Source of the DNA: Bdellovibrionota bacterium
Lineage (GTDB): Bacteria; Bdellovibrionota; Bdellovibrionia; Bdellovibrionales; JAEYZS01
Reading direction: 5' to 3'
Assembly: GCA_040386775.1 (NCBI GenBank)
Contig: JAZKEU010000011.1
Coordinates: forward strand, 109,374-173,373
DNA: 64,000 nt
Shown here: piece by piece, positions 1-7,982 of the stretch
How positions within the stretch are numbered: position 1 is the stretch's first letter
Layout of the letters: every line of letters begins with the position of its first letter
Notes under the pieces: generated by a model
Told to the model about the DNA's origin: nothing
What the model saw: the letters and a program-made list of their open reading frames with translations, nothing else
The model's database searches: none
Position numbers and translations under genes: made by a program

Positions 1-1812
1 GCAGCCATTCTATCTGTCGTTACGAGAGAGGATATTGAGCTTTATGGAATGAGAGACTTATCAGAAATTCTAAGACTTGTGCCTGGTTTTGAGTTCGGGC
101 TGGATACCCTTGCGATTGTGGGACTTGGATCTCGCGGAGTTTGGGTTCATGAAGGTAAAGCCTTGATTATGATTAATGGAATAATGGTAAATGAACAAGG
201 GTTTGGAAACGTAAACATTTTAGGTGCATTTCCCGCAGCCATGATTGAAAAGGTAGAAATCATCCGAGGTCCAGGCAGCGCTGTTTACGGCGGCGTTGCC
301 GAAGCTAACGTTATCAATATCATTACTCGCTCCGGAAAAGATTTAAGCGGAGGCGTAGTGAATGCAGAAGCTGGTCTTATGGTAGATGAATTTACAAAAA
401 ATGGAAATATAGCTTACGGCAAGCTCACGGATACCGTGGAGTATTCATTCCATTTAGGAAGATCAATAAGACCTTTTTCTAGTAAACAGTGGAAGGACTT
501 TTTTGGAGCCTCGATGGATTTTAATCAAGCCAATATGGGACGTGATTGGCAGCATTTAATTACAGAAATGAAATACAAGGAAAACTTAGTTCTTCGTTAC
601 AACAAAGTTTCCATGGATATTATAGCCAAGAGTGGAATTGGTATAGCGAATGATCCTTTCAATAGCATTTACCCTGATCGACTGAATGTCGATAATAATG
701 CAATTGATCTTCAGTATACGATAGCGCCCAGCTCTAAATTGAATTTGGCTACAACACTTACGTACATAGAGGTCGGGTTCAGCGGGTCGCCTAAAAACAA
801 AGTTAGAAATTACAAGGGAGAAGTAAGAGCGAGCTATGATCTCTCTGAAGATTCTCAACTATCTGCGGGTACCGGCTACATTATGGATTGGGCGAGGAGC
901 ATCTACGGCGATGGAAGTCCGGGACTCCACACCTCTCCAGGTTTAGATAAATATAGTGTCGGTAATGAGTCTCATTATGCTTTTTTGCAGTGGATCCAAT
1001 CCATGGATAAATTCAATTTTACTGTAGGCGGGCGTTATGAGAATACAATTTTTGGAGACGCCGTTGCTCCACGAGTTGGCATTACCTATACCAATGAGGC
1101 TTTCAATTCTAAGCTTCTTTATGGGGGATCTTACCGTGTTCCATTCACCCTGCAAGCCTTTGGTAATGCTAACGCTACAAATCCTAGTGATTTTCGCCCT
1201 GAAAAATCAGAAACTTGGGAGTATGAAATTAGTTATCTTTTCCAAAGAAATCTTTCTGCGAAATTGAATATTTTTTATCTTGAAATAAAAGATGTCATCA
1301 CTTTTGATAACACACAATTTTTATACTTAAACCAAGGAAAAGTTGCAAATGAAGGTATTGAAGGCGAAGTTCAATATCGTTTGTCTAATATCGGTGGCTT
1401 CTTTAACTTCTCTTATGTTAGGCCGCGTTCAGAAACTTCTTCTGGATACGTAACTAATGACAAAGAACATTTCCTTGGCTTACCCCACTATAAACTAAAT
1501 CTTGGTGGGTATTGGATTTGGGGAAAGTTTCAATTAGGCCCAACATTAACTTATCTATCTACTCGCTACGGTCAAACGGCAGTTTCGGCGAATAGCGGTG
1601 GCGCTGACCTAAGTTATAAATCTTATGATGCGATTTTATTGACCAATGTCACTTTGAATTGGCATGGGCTCGGCAAAGATACTGATGTTAGACTCAGTGT
1701 AAATAATCTTTTTGACGAAGATTATTTACTAATACAACCTTTTTATAGTGGACACGCACCTATGCCTGCATTCGACAGAGAAGTTCTTCTTAGTCTAGAA
1801 GCACGCTTATAA
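1..1812 (+). CDS. TonB-dependent outer-membrane receptor (5' end outside window)
   Basis: Frame 1 is open from base 1 (AAILSVVTREDIELYGMRDL...), so the ATG at 49 is internal. Plug-domain motif IEKVEIIRGPGSAVYGG is followed by a long barrel-like region. Confidence 0.85.
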   Translation, partial: AAILSVVTREDIELYGMRDLSEILRLVPGFEFGLDTLAIVGLGSRGVWVHEGKALIMINGIMVNEQGFGNVNILGAFPAAMIEKVEIIRGPGSAVYGGVAEANVINIITRSGKDLSGGVVNAEAGLMVDEFTKNGNIAYGKLTDTVEYSFHLGRSIRPFSSKQWKDFFGASMDFNQANMGRDWQHLITEMKYKENLVLRYNKVSMDIIAKSGIGIANDPFNSIYPDRLNVDNNAIDLQYTIAPSSKLNLATTLTYIEVGFSGSPKNKVRNYKGEVRASYDLSEDSQLSAGTGYIMDWARSIYGDGSPGLHTSPGLDKYSVGNESHYAFLQWIQSMDKFNFTVGGRYENTIFGDAVAPRVGITYTNEAFNSKLLYGGSYRVPFTLQAFGNANATNPSDFRPEKSETWEYEISYLFQRNLSAKLNIFYLEIKDVITFDNTQFLYLNQGKVANEGIEGEVQYRLSNIGGFFNFSYVRPRSETSSGYVTNDKEHFLGLPHYKLNLGGYWIWGKFQLGPTLTYLSTRYGQTAVSANSGGADLSYKSYDAILLTNVTLNWHGLGKDTDVRLSVNNLFDEDYLLIQPFYSGHAPMPAFDREVLLSLEARL

Positions 1813-1825
1813 GCGATCAATATCA

Positions 1826-2280
1826 CTACAAGATTGGATTCCAAAGGCCTTCATAGATCTCGTTCATAAAGTTGACTTGGCTCAGACCATCAAACCTAGA
1901 GTACCCAAAGAGCTCTCTGACATATGTCCAATTTTTCTGCTCTACGTGAGCATTGTCGTTTTTCTGATAAGGTCTTCGTCTTACAAAGTTTACTCTGTTC
2001 TTATGATTAAAAAAGCAAGAGTGAAGATCGTGGTTTAAAAATTCATTTCCGTTATCTGATGCAAAACCTTTCACCTCAAATGGCAGAGCCAATTCAATCG
2101 ATTTAATTGCACTAATACGATTTCACGCAGGCTTTCTACCCTTAACCTTAAAATCTTCATTTAAAAGCCTTATGGCGTGTTTTCTAGAGATATCGCAAAC
2201 TTCCCTTTCGGTATCATTTTCAATGAGGCAACTCGGGCAAGAGAAGATTTGATTCTTTGGCACGTTAAATGAATATCTTA
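1826..2280 (-). mobile_element. Degenerate IS remnant: internally deleted, N-terminally truncated rve/DDE transposase
   Basis: The 88-aa ORF carries an integrase-core C-terminal signature (FASDNGNEF ... RRRPYQKNDNAHVEQKNW). Upstream, my own translation gives an HTH-like piece (...ENDTEREVCDISRKHAIRLLNEDFKVKGRKPA*) that ends in a stop just before the core fragment. There is no start codon and no first catalytic Asp region. Confidence 0.6.
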
Positions 2281-2359
2281 GTCAGAGAATCAATGTTTTT
2301 TGTGGATGTGAAGATAATGGCGATATGATTGTGTTTGTTTGTCTAAAAACTTTACGAGT

Positions 2360-2420
2360 GATTGACAGATTGACAGATTGACAGATTGACAGATTGACAG
2401 ATTGACAGATTGACAGATTC
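2360..2420. repeat. Tandem octamer (GATTGACA) x7 plus partial GATT
   Basis: Read directly: GATTGACA at 2360, 2368, 2376, 2384, 2392, 2400 and 2408, then GATTC. Every unit contains TTGACA. It is intergenic, 131 bp upstream of the ATG at 2551. Confidence 0.97.
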
Positions 2421-2550
2421 AAATCTTACCATTTTGGTTAGGTTTGAGTAAAGCCTATTTGAACAATAGTGTTGGGCTACAGTTGCTGTGCTAATTCGAC
2501 TGAGAAATTGTCGTGTTTATTTTTAATGTCTACGGAGGTAGATCCCCTAT

Positions 2551-3513
2551 ATGAAAATTAATAATTTTGTGCTTTTCTTTTTGATAATTTTTTCCGTTGT
2601 TGCAAAAGCCGATGATCCCAAATCTCTTGATGCGGCGATGCGCAGCCGTTGGATTCAAATAGAGTACTTACTAAAAAATCCGCGACTGCAATTAGAGAAG
2701 CGAAAAGATCTTACTCGTGAATTAGCTGAAGAATATATATCTGACCAACGGTGGCAAGAGGCCATTTGGATTTTAAGAGAAAATGGTAATACAGAGCAAG
2801 CCGAAATTTTAGAGCGAAGACTAGCAGAGAAAATGACGCAAGGTCAGATTGAGGTTATTCATAAATTCGAGGGTAGCAAGGAAGCGGCTCGTATAGTGCG
2901 TATTCAAGGGACGAATATTTACGGCATTATCAAATTAAACTCGAGTTATTTCGGGTTCGAGATCGCAGCATATAAGCTTGATAGAATTCTCAAACTAAAT
3001 TTGGTTCCATTCACCATTGAGCGCATTCTACCAGATGGCAGGCGCGGCTCTATCCAATATTTTATTCGAGATGCTGTAGAAGCACGGGAATCATTGGGCG
3101 TTGTTGGCTTTCCGAGCAAAGAACAAAAAAAGCAAACTGAGTTTAGATATTATGGCTATCCAACGTCACAAAAGAATATGTGGCTTTTGGACTATCTTAT
3201 TGTAAATCTTGATAGGCACGGGCGCAATTGGCTTTGGCATCTTGGGGAACAGCATTTAAGGCCTGTTGCTATTGATCATGGGATTTCGTTTGGCCGAGGT
3301 GCTTCGGAAAAGGGAGTCAACTTTGAATATGAAAATTTACCAGATAGCGAGATGGTCCAAAATTTGAAACAACTGTCTCTTGAAAAATTACGTAATGAAT
3401 TTACAAACCTGATAGGTGCAGATAACGTCACGAAACTTTTTAAAAGAAAAATACAAGTGGTTAGAGCCGCAAACTCAATGTCCCCTTTTTCTTGTCAGAG
3501 TTTGTTTCTTTAA
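2551..3513 (+). CDS. Secreted atypical kinase, PI3K/PI4K-catalytic-domain-like
   Basis: GGAGGT RBS lies 11 nt upstream. Signal peptide is MKINNFVLFFLIIFSVVAKA. Kinase motifs are YGIIKL (Lys), LDYLIVNLDRHGRNWLW (DRHxxN catalytic loop) and VAIDHGISFG (DFG-equivalent). Confidence 0.65.
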   Translation: MKINNFVLFFLIIFSVVAKADDPKSLDAAMRSRWIQIEYLLKNPRLQLEKRKDLTRELAEEYISDQRWQEAIWILRENGNTEQAEILERRLAEKMTQGQIEVIHKFEGSKEAARIVRIQGTNIYGIIKLNSSYFGFEIAAYKLDRILKLNLVPFTIERILPDGRRGSIQYFIRDAVEARESLGVVGFPSKEQKKQTEFRYYGYPTSQKNMWLLDYLIVNLDRHGRNWLWHLGEQHLRPVAIDHGISFGRGASEKGVNFEYENLPDSEMVQNLKQLSLEKLRNEFTNLIGADNVTKLFKRKIQVVRAANSMSPFSCQSLFL

Positions 3514-3606
3514 CTGGAATGAGCCTCGTTGATCAGACACTGTAGCCCCATAGTTTTTGCGTGGGTAAAGAAAAACCATGGGATGAACATCAAGCATTAA
3601 ACAAAC

Positions 3607-4217
3607 TCATCTCTTCTGTTCAAAATACAAAAGATCAATGAACACTGCAGAGGCCATGACCAATGTTTTTTCATGCTCGTTTAAAGTTGGTGAAGTGAAC
3701 TCTACCATGAATTTGTCTTTGTCCGTAAAGCTTTCCAAGAATACGCCGCTCCACTTTTTCTGTACTAGAGCCAACTCTCTTCCCTGATGTATGAACTTGA
3801 AGGTCCAAATTTTCCAGATTGGTGATGAAACTTCCATGATTGTCATGCCCTTGGCATTTTCTATATCAAAGCGTTTTGTCAAAATCGAAAATCTCTTTTG
3901 AATGGCCCCAAGCATTTGCCCTTGAGCATCTCTAATCTCAATGCGCTCAAAAAACCACCGGAAAGGGTGATGCCCAATCAATGCGAGTTGACGGTCTGGA
4001 GTGAAAAAATGCACATCAAATTTGCGCCAGTGTCCAGGTACTGACGAAGAATTAATCCTAAAATACCTTTTTGTTGTTCAGCAGCGTATCCGATGATCAC
4101 TTGGTCTTTATTCATAATTTGATATTTGTTTCTAGTTTCGAAACCAAACCATTCACCAAGCTCGTGCACTTGAGTAACAAGGACAGTCCGTAGGTTCGCT
4201 AAGTCAAAAGAGGCCAT
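3607..4217 (-). pseudogene. Phospholipid scramblase-family (Tubby C-terminal-like) gene split by a 1-nt frameshift
   Basis: ORFs 3978..4217 and 3607..4014 overlap in different frames. The N-terminal part has FETRNKYQI. Adding one G at the CC at 4034-4035 (minus-strand CTGGA to CTGGGA) gives a continuous ...ILRQYLGHWRKFDVHFFTPD... Confidence 0.7.
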
Positions 4218-4263
4218 AATATTTTACTCCCTCCACTATACTCACTTCTTTTACATTGAGAAT

Positions 4264-4563
4264 TTATTTCGTTGCTAATCTATTTTTTGATTTATTAAAT
4301 TCTGAAATGTAAAGTTTCATTTGATAATTAAGCAGTCTCTTTAAAATTTCTTTTTCTGAAACTTTAAAGATTTTAGAGACTAGAACTAATGTATCAAAGC
4401 TAGGACCAGACACTCCTCTTTCCCAGTTACAAATAAACTGAGGTGTTGTACCAAGCTGTCTTCCTAATTCGCTCTGACTTATTTTACGCTTTTTTCTTAA
4501 TGATCTAAGATATAGACCAAATTCTTTTGAGTATGGCACTGTAGATTTTTTAGATTTTGCCAT
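4264..4563 (-). CDS. XRE-family helix-turn-helix transcriptional regulator
   Basis: HTH_3-type motif ISQSELGRQLGTTPQFICNWERG. The start was moved to the MAKSKK ATG at 4563, which follows a GGAGGG RBS. Confidence 0.8.
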   Translation of the reverse strand: MAKSKKSTVPYSKEFGLYLRSLRKKRKISQSELGRQLGTTPQFICNWERGVSGPSFDTLVLVSKIFKVSEKEILKRLLNYQMKLYISEFNKSKNRLATK

Positions 4564-4679
4564 GCAACCCTCCACTTATATTTGCGCGCATATATAACCT
4601 AAATAATGGCTATTTTATTATCAAGCAGTTATTATTCATATTATTGACTTAATATTTCTGTTGCACTAAAGATGAGCAT

Positions 4680-5405
4680 ATGAGTCCGACATATCAAGAT
4701 AAACATACAGAATATACTTCTAGATTTAAACAATGTGCTTTATCAATTAGTGCTATCTTTGAAAAAAACGGATTTAAAGTAATACCATTTAAAAGAGACG
4801 ACCTGCCAATATTTTCATCTTTGAGCTCAAAAAAACAAGCCGAGGCAATACATTATATTGAGCTTTATTATTCTATCTTACAACAATCAGAAATAAAAAA
4901 ATCATCAGAAAAAAATAATAATGCAGACTCTCTGTGGGAAGCTTTGGTTTATCTACAATGGCATCAGCCATCTGATTTTTTTAGCTATCTAAGACCTGAT
5001 GACAAAATTGAAATCTATAATACTCAAAGTATTCAAATTTGGCGGAATTTTAATGTGATGAAAATATGCTCATACTCCATAGAGGAAATGCATTGTTATA
5101 CTTGGCCCGAAAGATACTCAAGATCTGAAGAAGATACAGATAAAATTATGTCCACCATTCAAAAAGTATTGTCTCACAAAGAACGTAAGGTTTTTAGAGA
5201 AGCCATAGCAAATCATACGGTTATCGAGCGTTTCTCAGAGAAGCAATTCATTTTAGAAGCAAGCCACGAATACTTCTGCCCTCTCGTCGACAGACAAGGA
5301 CTTGTATCAGGATTTATTGTTACCTCTAAAGTAGATGTTGTGGGATCAAATCTAAACAAAAAAAGTGCTCGATCAAAATCCCACTTACATGAGGTTTCTA
5401 TTTAA
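4680..5405 (+). CDS. PAS-like domain protein of unknown function
   Basis: The C-terminal half has a PAS-like pattern (IEIYNTQSIQIWRNFNVMKICSYSIEEM ... CPLVDRQGLVSGFIVTSKV). It is divergent from the XRE gene. No DNA-binding or output domain was seen. Confidence 0.4.
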   Translation: MSPTYQDKHTEYTSRFKQCALSISAIFEKNGFKVIPFKRDDLPIFSSLSSKKQAEAIHYIELYYSILQQSEIKKSSEKNNNADSLWEALVYLQWHQPSDFFSYLRPDDKIEIYNTQSIQIWRNFNVMKICSYSIEEMHCYTWPERYSRSEEDTDKIMSTIQKVLSHKERKVFREAIANHTVIERFSEKQFILEASHEYFCPLVDRQGLVSGFIVTSKVDVVGSNLNKKSARSKSHLHEVSI

Positions 5406-6058
5406 GCCGCGTTCTTACCGTTTTTTGCACCATACTTCTCTGTAATTTTTTTTAAAATATCTCCATACAGACAGGAGTATTGGTACATAGTCTCACCAAC
5501 CAACTGATTTTCTTCAGGTGTAAAGTCGCTAATGCTCTTAAAAGCTTTTTCCAAATGGCCTTCGTCCTCTTGAGCGTGGACTTTAAGAAAACTAGTTGCT
5601 TTAGGGCCAAACTCACTCAAACACACTTCATACATCTGAGGCACATTCTTAACAGCAAAACCTTCCAAAGCTAAAACCCATCCAAACATTCCAACAGGAT
5701 TATCAAAGCCGAACCAATAATAAAGGCTCTGATGAAAAGCCTTTGCTTGTGGCAATACCTCTTGCGCAGACATGTCTAGACCAAAGCTTTTAATATCATT
5801 TTCTAAAAGCTTTTCGTGCCCCTTTTCTTCAGCAGCATGACTTATAAATCTGTTGCTGTATTTCGTCTTATCTCTAGGCATTTTACCGCCGGTCATTGCC
5901 AAAATTCTTGTTGAGTTATAGGCATACTCATAAGATTGAACAAGCCAGCTTACATAAGCATCTTTATTCGTCCATGGAAAATTGCTGCGTATCTCAGACA
6001 ACTCAATTTGCAATTTATCATACAAATTTCTTAAATCTTCATTCGTTCTTATTTTCAT
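5402..6058 (-). CDS. Heme-oxygenase-like diiron enzyme (HDO / iron-containing redox enzyme family)
   Basis: Two carboxylate/His ligand motifs typical of the CADD/UndA-type fold: HAAEEKGHEKL and VHAQEDEGHLEK, with LEG between them. The gene sits 10 bp downstream of the acyltransferase-like gene on the same strand. Confidence 0.6.
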   Translation of the reverse strand: MKIRTNEDLRNLYDKLQIELSEIRSNFPWTNKDAYVSWLVQSYEYAYNSTRILAMTGGKMPRDKTKYSNRFISHAAEEKGHEKLLENDIKSFGLDMSAQEVLPQAKAFHQSLYYWFGFDNPVGMFGWVLALEGFAVKNVPQMYEVCLSEFGPKATSFLKVHAQEDEGHLEKAFKSISDFTPEENQLVGETMYQYSCLYGDILKKITEKYGAKNGKNAA

Positions 6059-6068
6059 AAATCCCCCT

Positions 6069-6746
6069 CTATGCTATTTTTAGTTTTTTATTCTCATCAA
6101 TAGAAATATCGTTTCTCCCATCCCAAAGCTGATCTATTAGTTTTTGTGTTTTCAATTCAGGATGAGTTTGCAAAGTACTTCTATCTGTTATTATTAATGT
6201 ACAAGGATGGCCAAATTTATTGATTTCGCCGAAAGGTTTAAACCCGAATCGATAGCACATTTGGTCTACATGAATCTTACTGCGCGCAGTTCCCAACACA
6301 GCCTGGGCCACACTGTTCTCAAATATCTTCATACTCAAGCCAAGCAACACATCACCTAAAGAAACATCCAAAAAAGATTTGCGGAACTCTGGATGAACAG
6401 TCAGATATTCAATAGACATGATTAATTCACCATCAAAGTTATTTTTAAAGATATCCTTTGGAAAATCAGAAATATAAGAATGGCTCGAATAAGCCTGTTG
6501 ATTCTTGTTAAAGAAAGTACAGCATATCAATCCAACAACGCTATTCTCTATAGTTAAAGGACATACTAAATCTTGTCTTAGAAAACTATCTGAGTTTAAA
6601 TTCTCTTTAACATCTAATATCTCTGTCCACATCTGTCTCCAATGTTTATAAGTTTTTTCATAAAGCTCATGATGTATGCCTGGATTAATTAATTTTCCAG
6701 GCAATATATTCCAAGACAGATTTGAAAGAATTTTTTTTTGATTCAT
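6069..6746 (-). CDS. GNAT-fold acyltransferase resembling LuxI / N-acyl amino acid synthase (FeeM-like) families
   Basis: Pattern W..ILD....L.SDSFLRQDLVCPL....VVGLICC, then SIEYLTVHPEFRK and a GNAT-like C-terminal half. The family assignment is by eye only. Confidence 0.4.
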   Translation of the reverse strand: MNQKKILSNLSWNILPGKLINPGIHHELYEKTYKHWRQMWTEILDVKENLNSDSFLRQDLVCPLTIENSVVGLICCTFFNKNQQAYSSHSYISDFPKDIFKNNFDGELIMSIEYLTVHPEFRKSFLDVSLGDVLLGLSMKIFENSVAQAVLGTARSKIHVDQMCYRFGFKPFGEINKFGHPCTLIITDRSTLQTHPELKTQKLIDQLWDGRNDISIDENKKLKIA

Positions 6747-7022
6747 AAACGTTATTTATTTAATCATCAGGTCTCAGAAAATGATTAAACAATTTTAGTT
6801 TTGTTATAAAAAACAGACAATAGTATTGCATTAGACTTGAGGTAGAGTTTATTTTCAGTGCTTGGACATGGAGTGCAGCCGCAGTAAGACTGTGCCTACA
6901 ATCTATTTATGCTTAGCGTCAAGCGGAAAAATGTCGAACACGTAATAAGATCTTAAAATTCCTTGGAAATACTTAAAATAAGTGCCATAAAAGATCTTCA
7001 ATTTTACATAAAGGATAGAGTC

Positions 7023-7487
7023 ATGAAAAACGTAACAGAATTTTGGAACGTCAATTTGTTTAAAGGTCTTCAAGCTAAGGAAGCTTTAGCAGCTGAAGGA
7101 AAATCTGCTGAAGAAATCCAAACTAGCATTGGTGAAACTTTTAAAATGGAAGGCGACAAATTAAAGCACTTCATAAATGCGATCGATGTTGCTAGCCAAA
7201 ACAAAGACAAACTTCACAGAGTTCTCGTTGTAACTTATGCTGAAGGTGAAGCACCTGCTCCAAAATCCGTAAAAGTTGAAGAACATCACTACGTACCTGC
7301 TTTCATCAAAGAAGCTCCACCAGCTGCTGATAAGAAAGATGAAAAAAGCGCTAAAGGTGGCAGACCACAACGCGGTGGTGGTGGCGGAGCTGGTGGCGAT
7401 AGAAAAGGTCCAAAATCTTCTCCATGGGGATTAACTCCAGAAGAAATCGCAGCTAAAAAAGGCGGCGGAAAAAACAAAAAAGCTTAA
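7023..7487 (+). CDS. Hypothetical protein with Gly/Arg/Lys-rich C-terminal tail
   Basis: The ATG at 7023 follows AAGGATAGAG. The tail reads GGRPQRGGGGGAGGDRKGPK...KKGGGKNKKA. A strong terminator follows. Confidence 0.6.
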   Translation: MKNVTEFWNVNLFKGLQAKEALAAEGKSAEEIQTSIGETFKMEGDKLKHFINAIDVASQNKDKLHRVLVVTYAEGEAPAPKSVKVEEHHYVPAFIKEAPPAADKKDEKSAKGGRPQRGGGGGAGGDRKGPKSSPWGLTPEEIAAKKGGGKNKKA

Positions 7488-7514
7488 TTGTTTTTTGCTC
7501 TGAAATGAAAAGAA

Positions 7515-7541
7515 AGCTCGCTGTAAGGCGGGCTTTTTTTG
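7515..7541 (+). terminator. Rho-independent terminator
   Basis: AGCTCGC / GCGGGCT stem (one G.U pair), 6-nt loop, then T7. Confidence 0.75.
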
Positions 7542-7624
7542 TTTTAAATATGTAAATTCCTTCATCATTATTATTGCCCTTGATAAAGAGCCCTTTCTCA
7601 CTAGAATCTTATAAAGAGGTAAAC

Positions 7625-7963
7625 ATGATTAAAATTATTCTGGTCAGCATAGTGTGTTCGAGTTTAGCGTTTCTAAATCCTTCTATGGCCACAGCAAGCC
7701 TTATGACAGTTCAAGATGTCACTCAAAGAGACGGAAGACTTTCCCAAGAAATAATTGATAAAATTGAAACTCCCGAAGTTCAAAAAAAATTGGCAGAATT
7801 TGGAATTTCTGCGCAAGAAGCCAAACAAAGAGTTGCCGCATTAAGTGATAGCGAAATCCGAGACATGTTGAATTCAAAAACACAGCAAGCCGGCGGAGAT
7901 GTCATAGCTATCAGCCTCACGACTGTGCTTTTAATTGTTATTATTGTCTTACTACTTCGTTAA
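7625..7963 (+). CDS. PA2779-family small protein (signal peptide, C-terminal TM)
   Basis: The ATG at 7625 follows AAAGAGG. Features are ...VQKKLAEFGISAQEAKQRVAALSDSEIRDML... and a hydrophobic tail. It sits directly upstream of a PA2778-type peptidase gene. Confidence 0.6.
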   Translation: MIKIILVSIVCSSLAFLNPSMATASLMTVQDVTQRDGRLSQEIIDKIETPEVQKKLAEFGISAQEAKQRVAALSDSEIRDMLNSKTQQAGGDVIAISLTTVLLIVIIVLLLR

Positions 7964-7982
7964 TTTATTTCTCAGAGGAAAT

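Noticed and set aside
2360-2420. Possible CRISPR array
   Set aside because: The 8-bp units are directly abutting with no spacers, and no cas genes are nearby. It is a simple tandem repeat.
3978-4014. Programmed ribosomal frameshift joining the two scramblase ORFs
   Set aside because: I saw no slippery heptamer or downstream structure at the junction. A 1-nt indel in a short G/C run is the simpler explanation. It is kept as a pseudogene or sequencing-error candidate.
6731-6739. A9 tract at codons 3-6 of the GNAT-like gene as a phase-variation switch
   Set aside because: Comparable A/T9 runs occur in other Lys-rich coding regions of this AT-rich window, for example 26741-26749. The tract is not distinctive without population data.
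6747-7022. Possible ncRNA or tRNA in the 276-bp gap, and similar checks in the other gaps over 150 bp
   Set aside because: I could not see a cloverleaf-compatible acceptor/T-arm pattern or a known riboswitch core by eye. The absence is from manual inspection only; tRNAscan or Infernal would be decisive.
7161-7477. Minus-strand ORFs 7161..7370 and 7289..7477
   Set aside because: They are antisense to the 7023..7487 gene, which has an RBS and a terminator. One is merely the Pro-rich complement of the Gly-rich tail.
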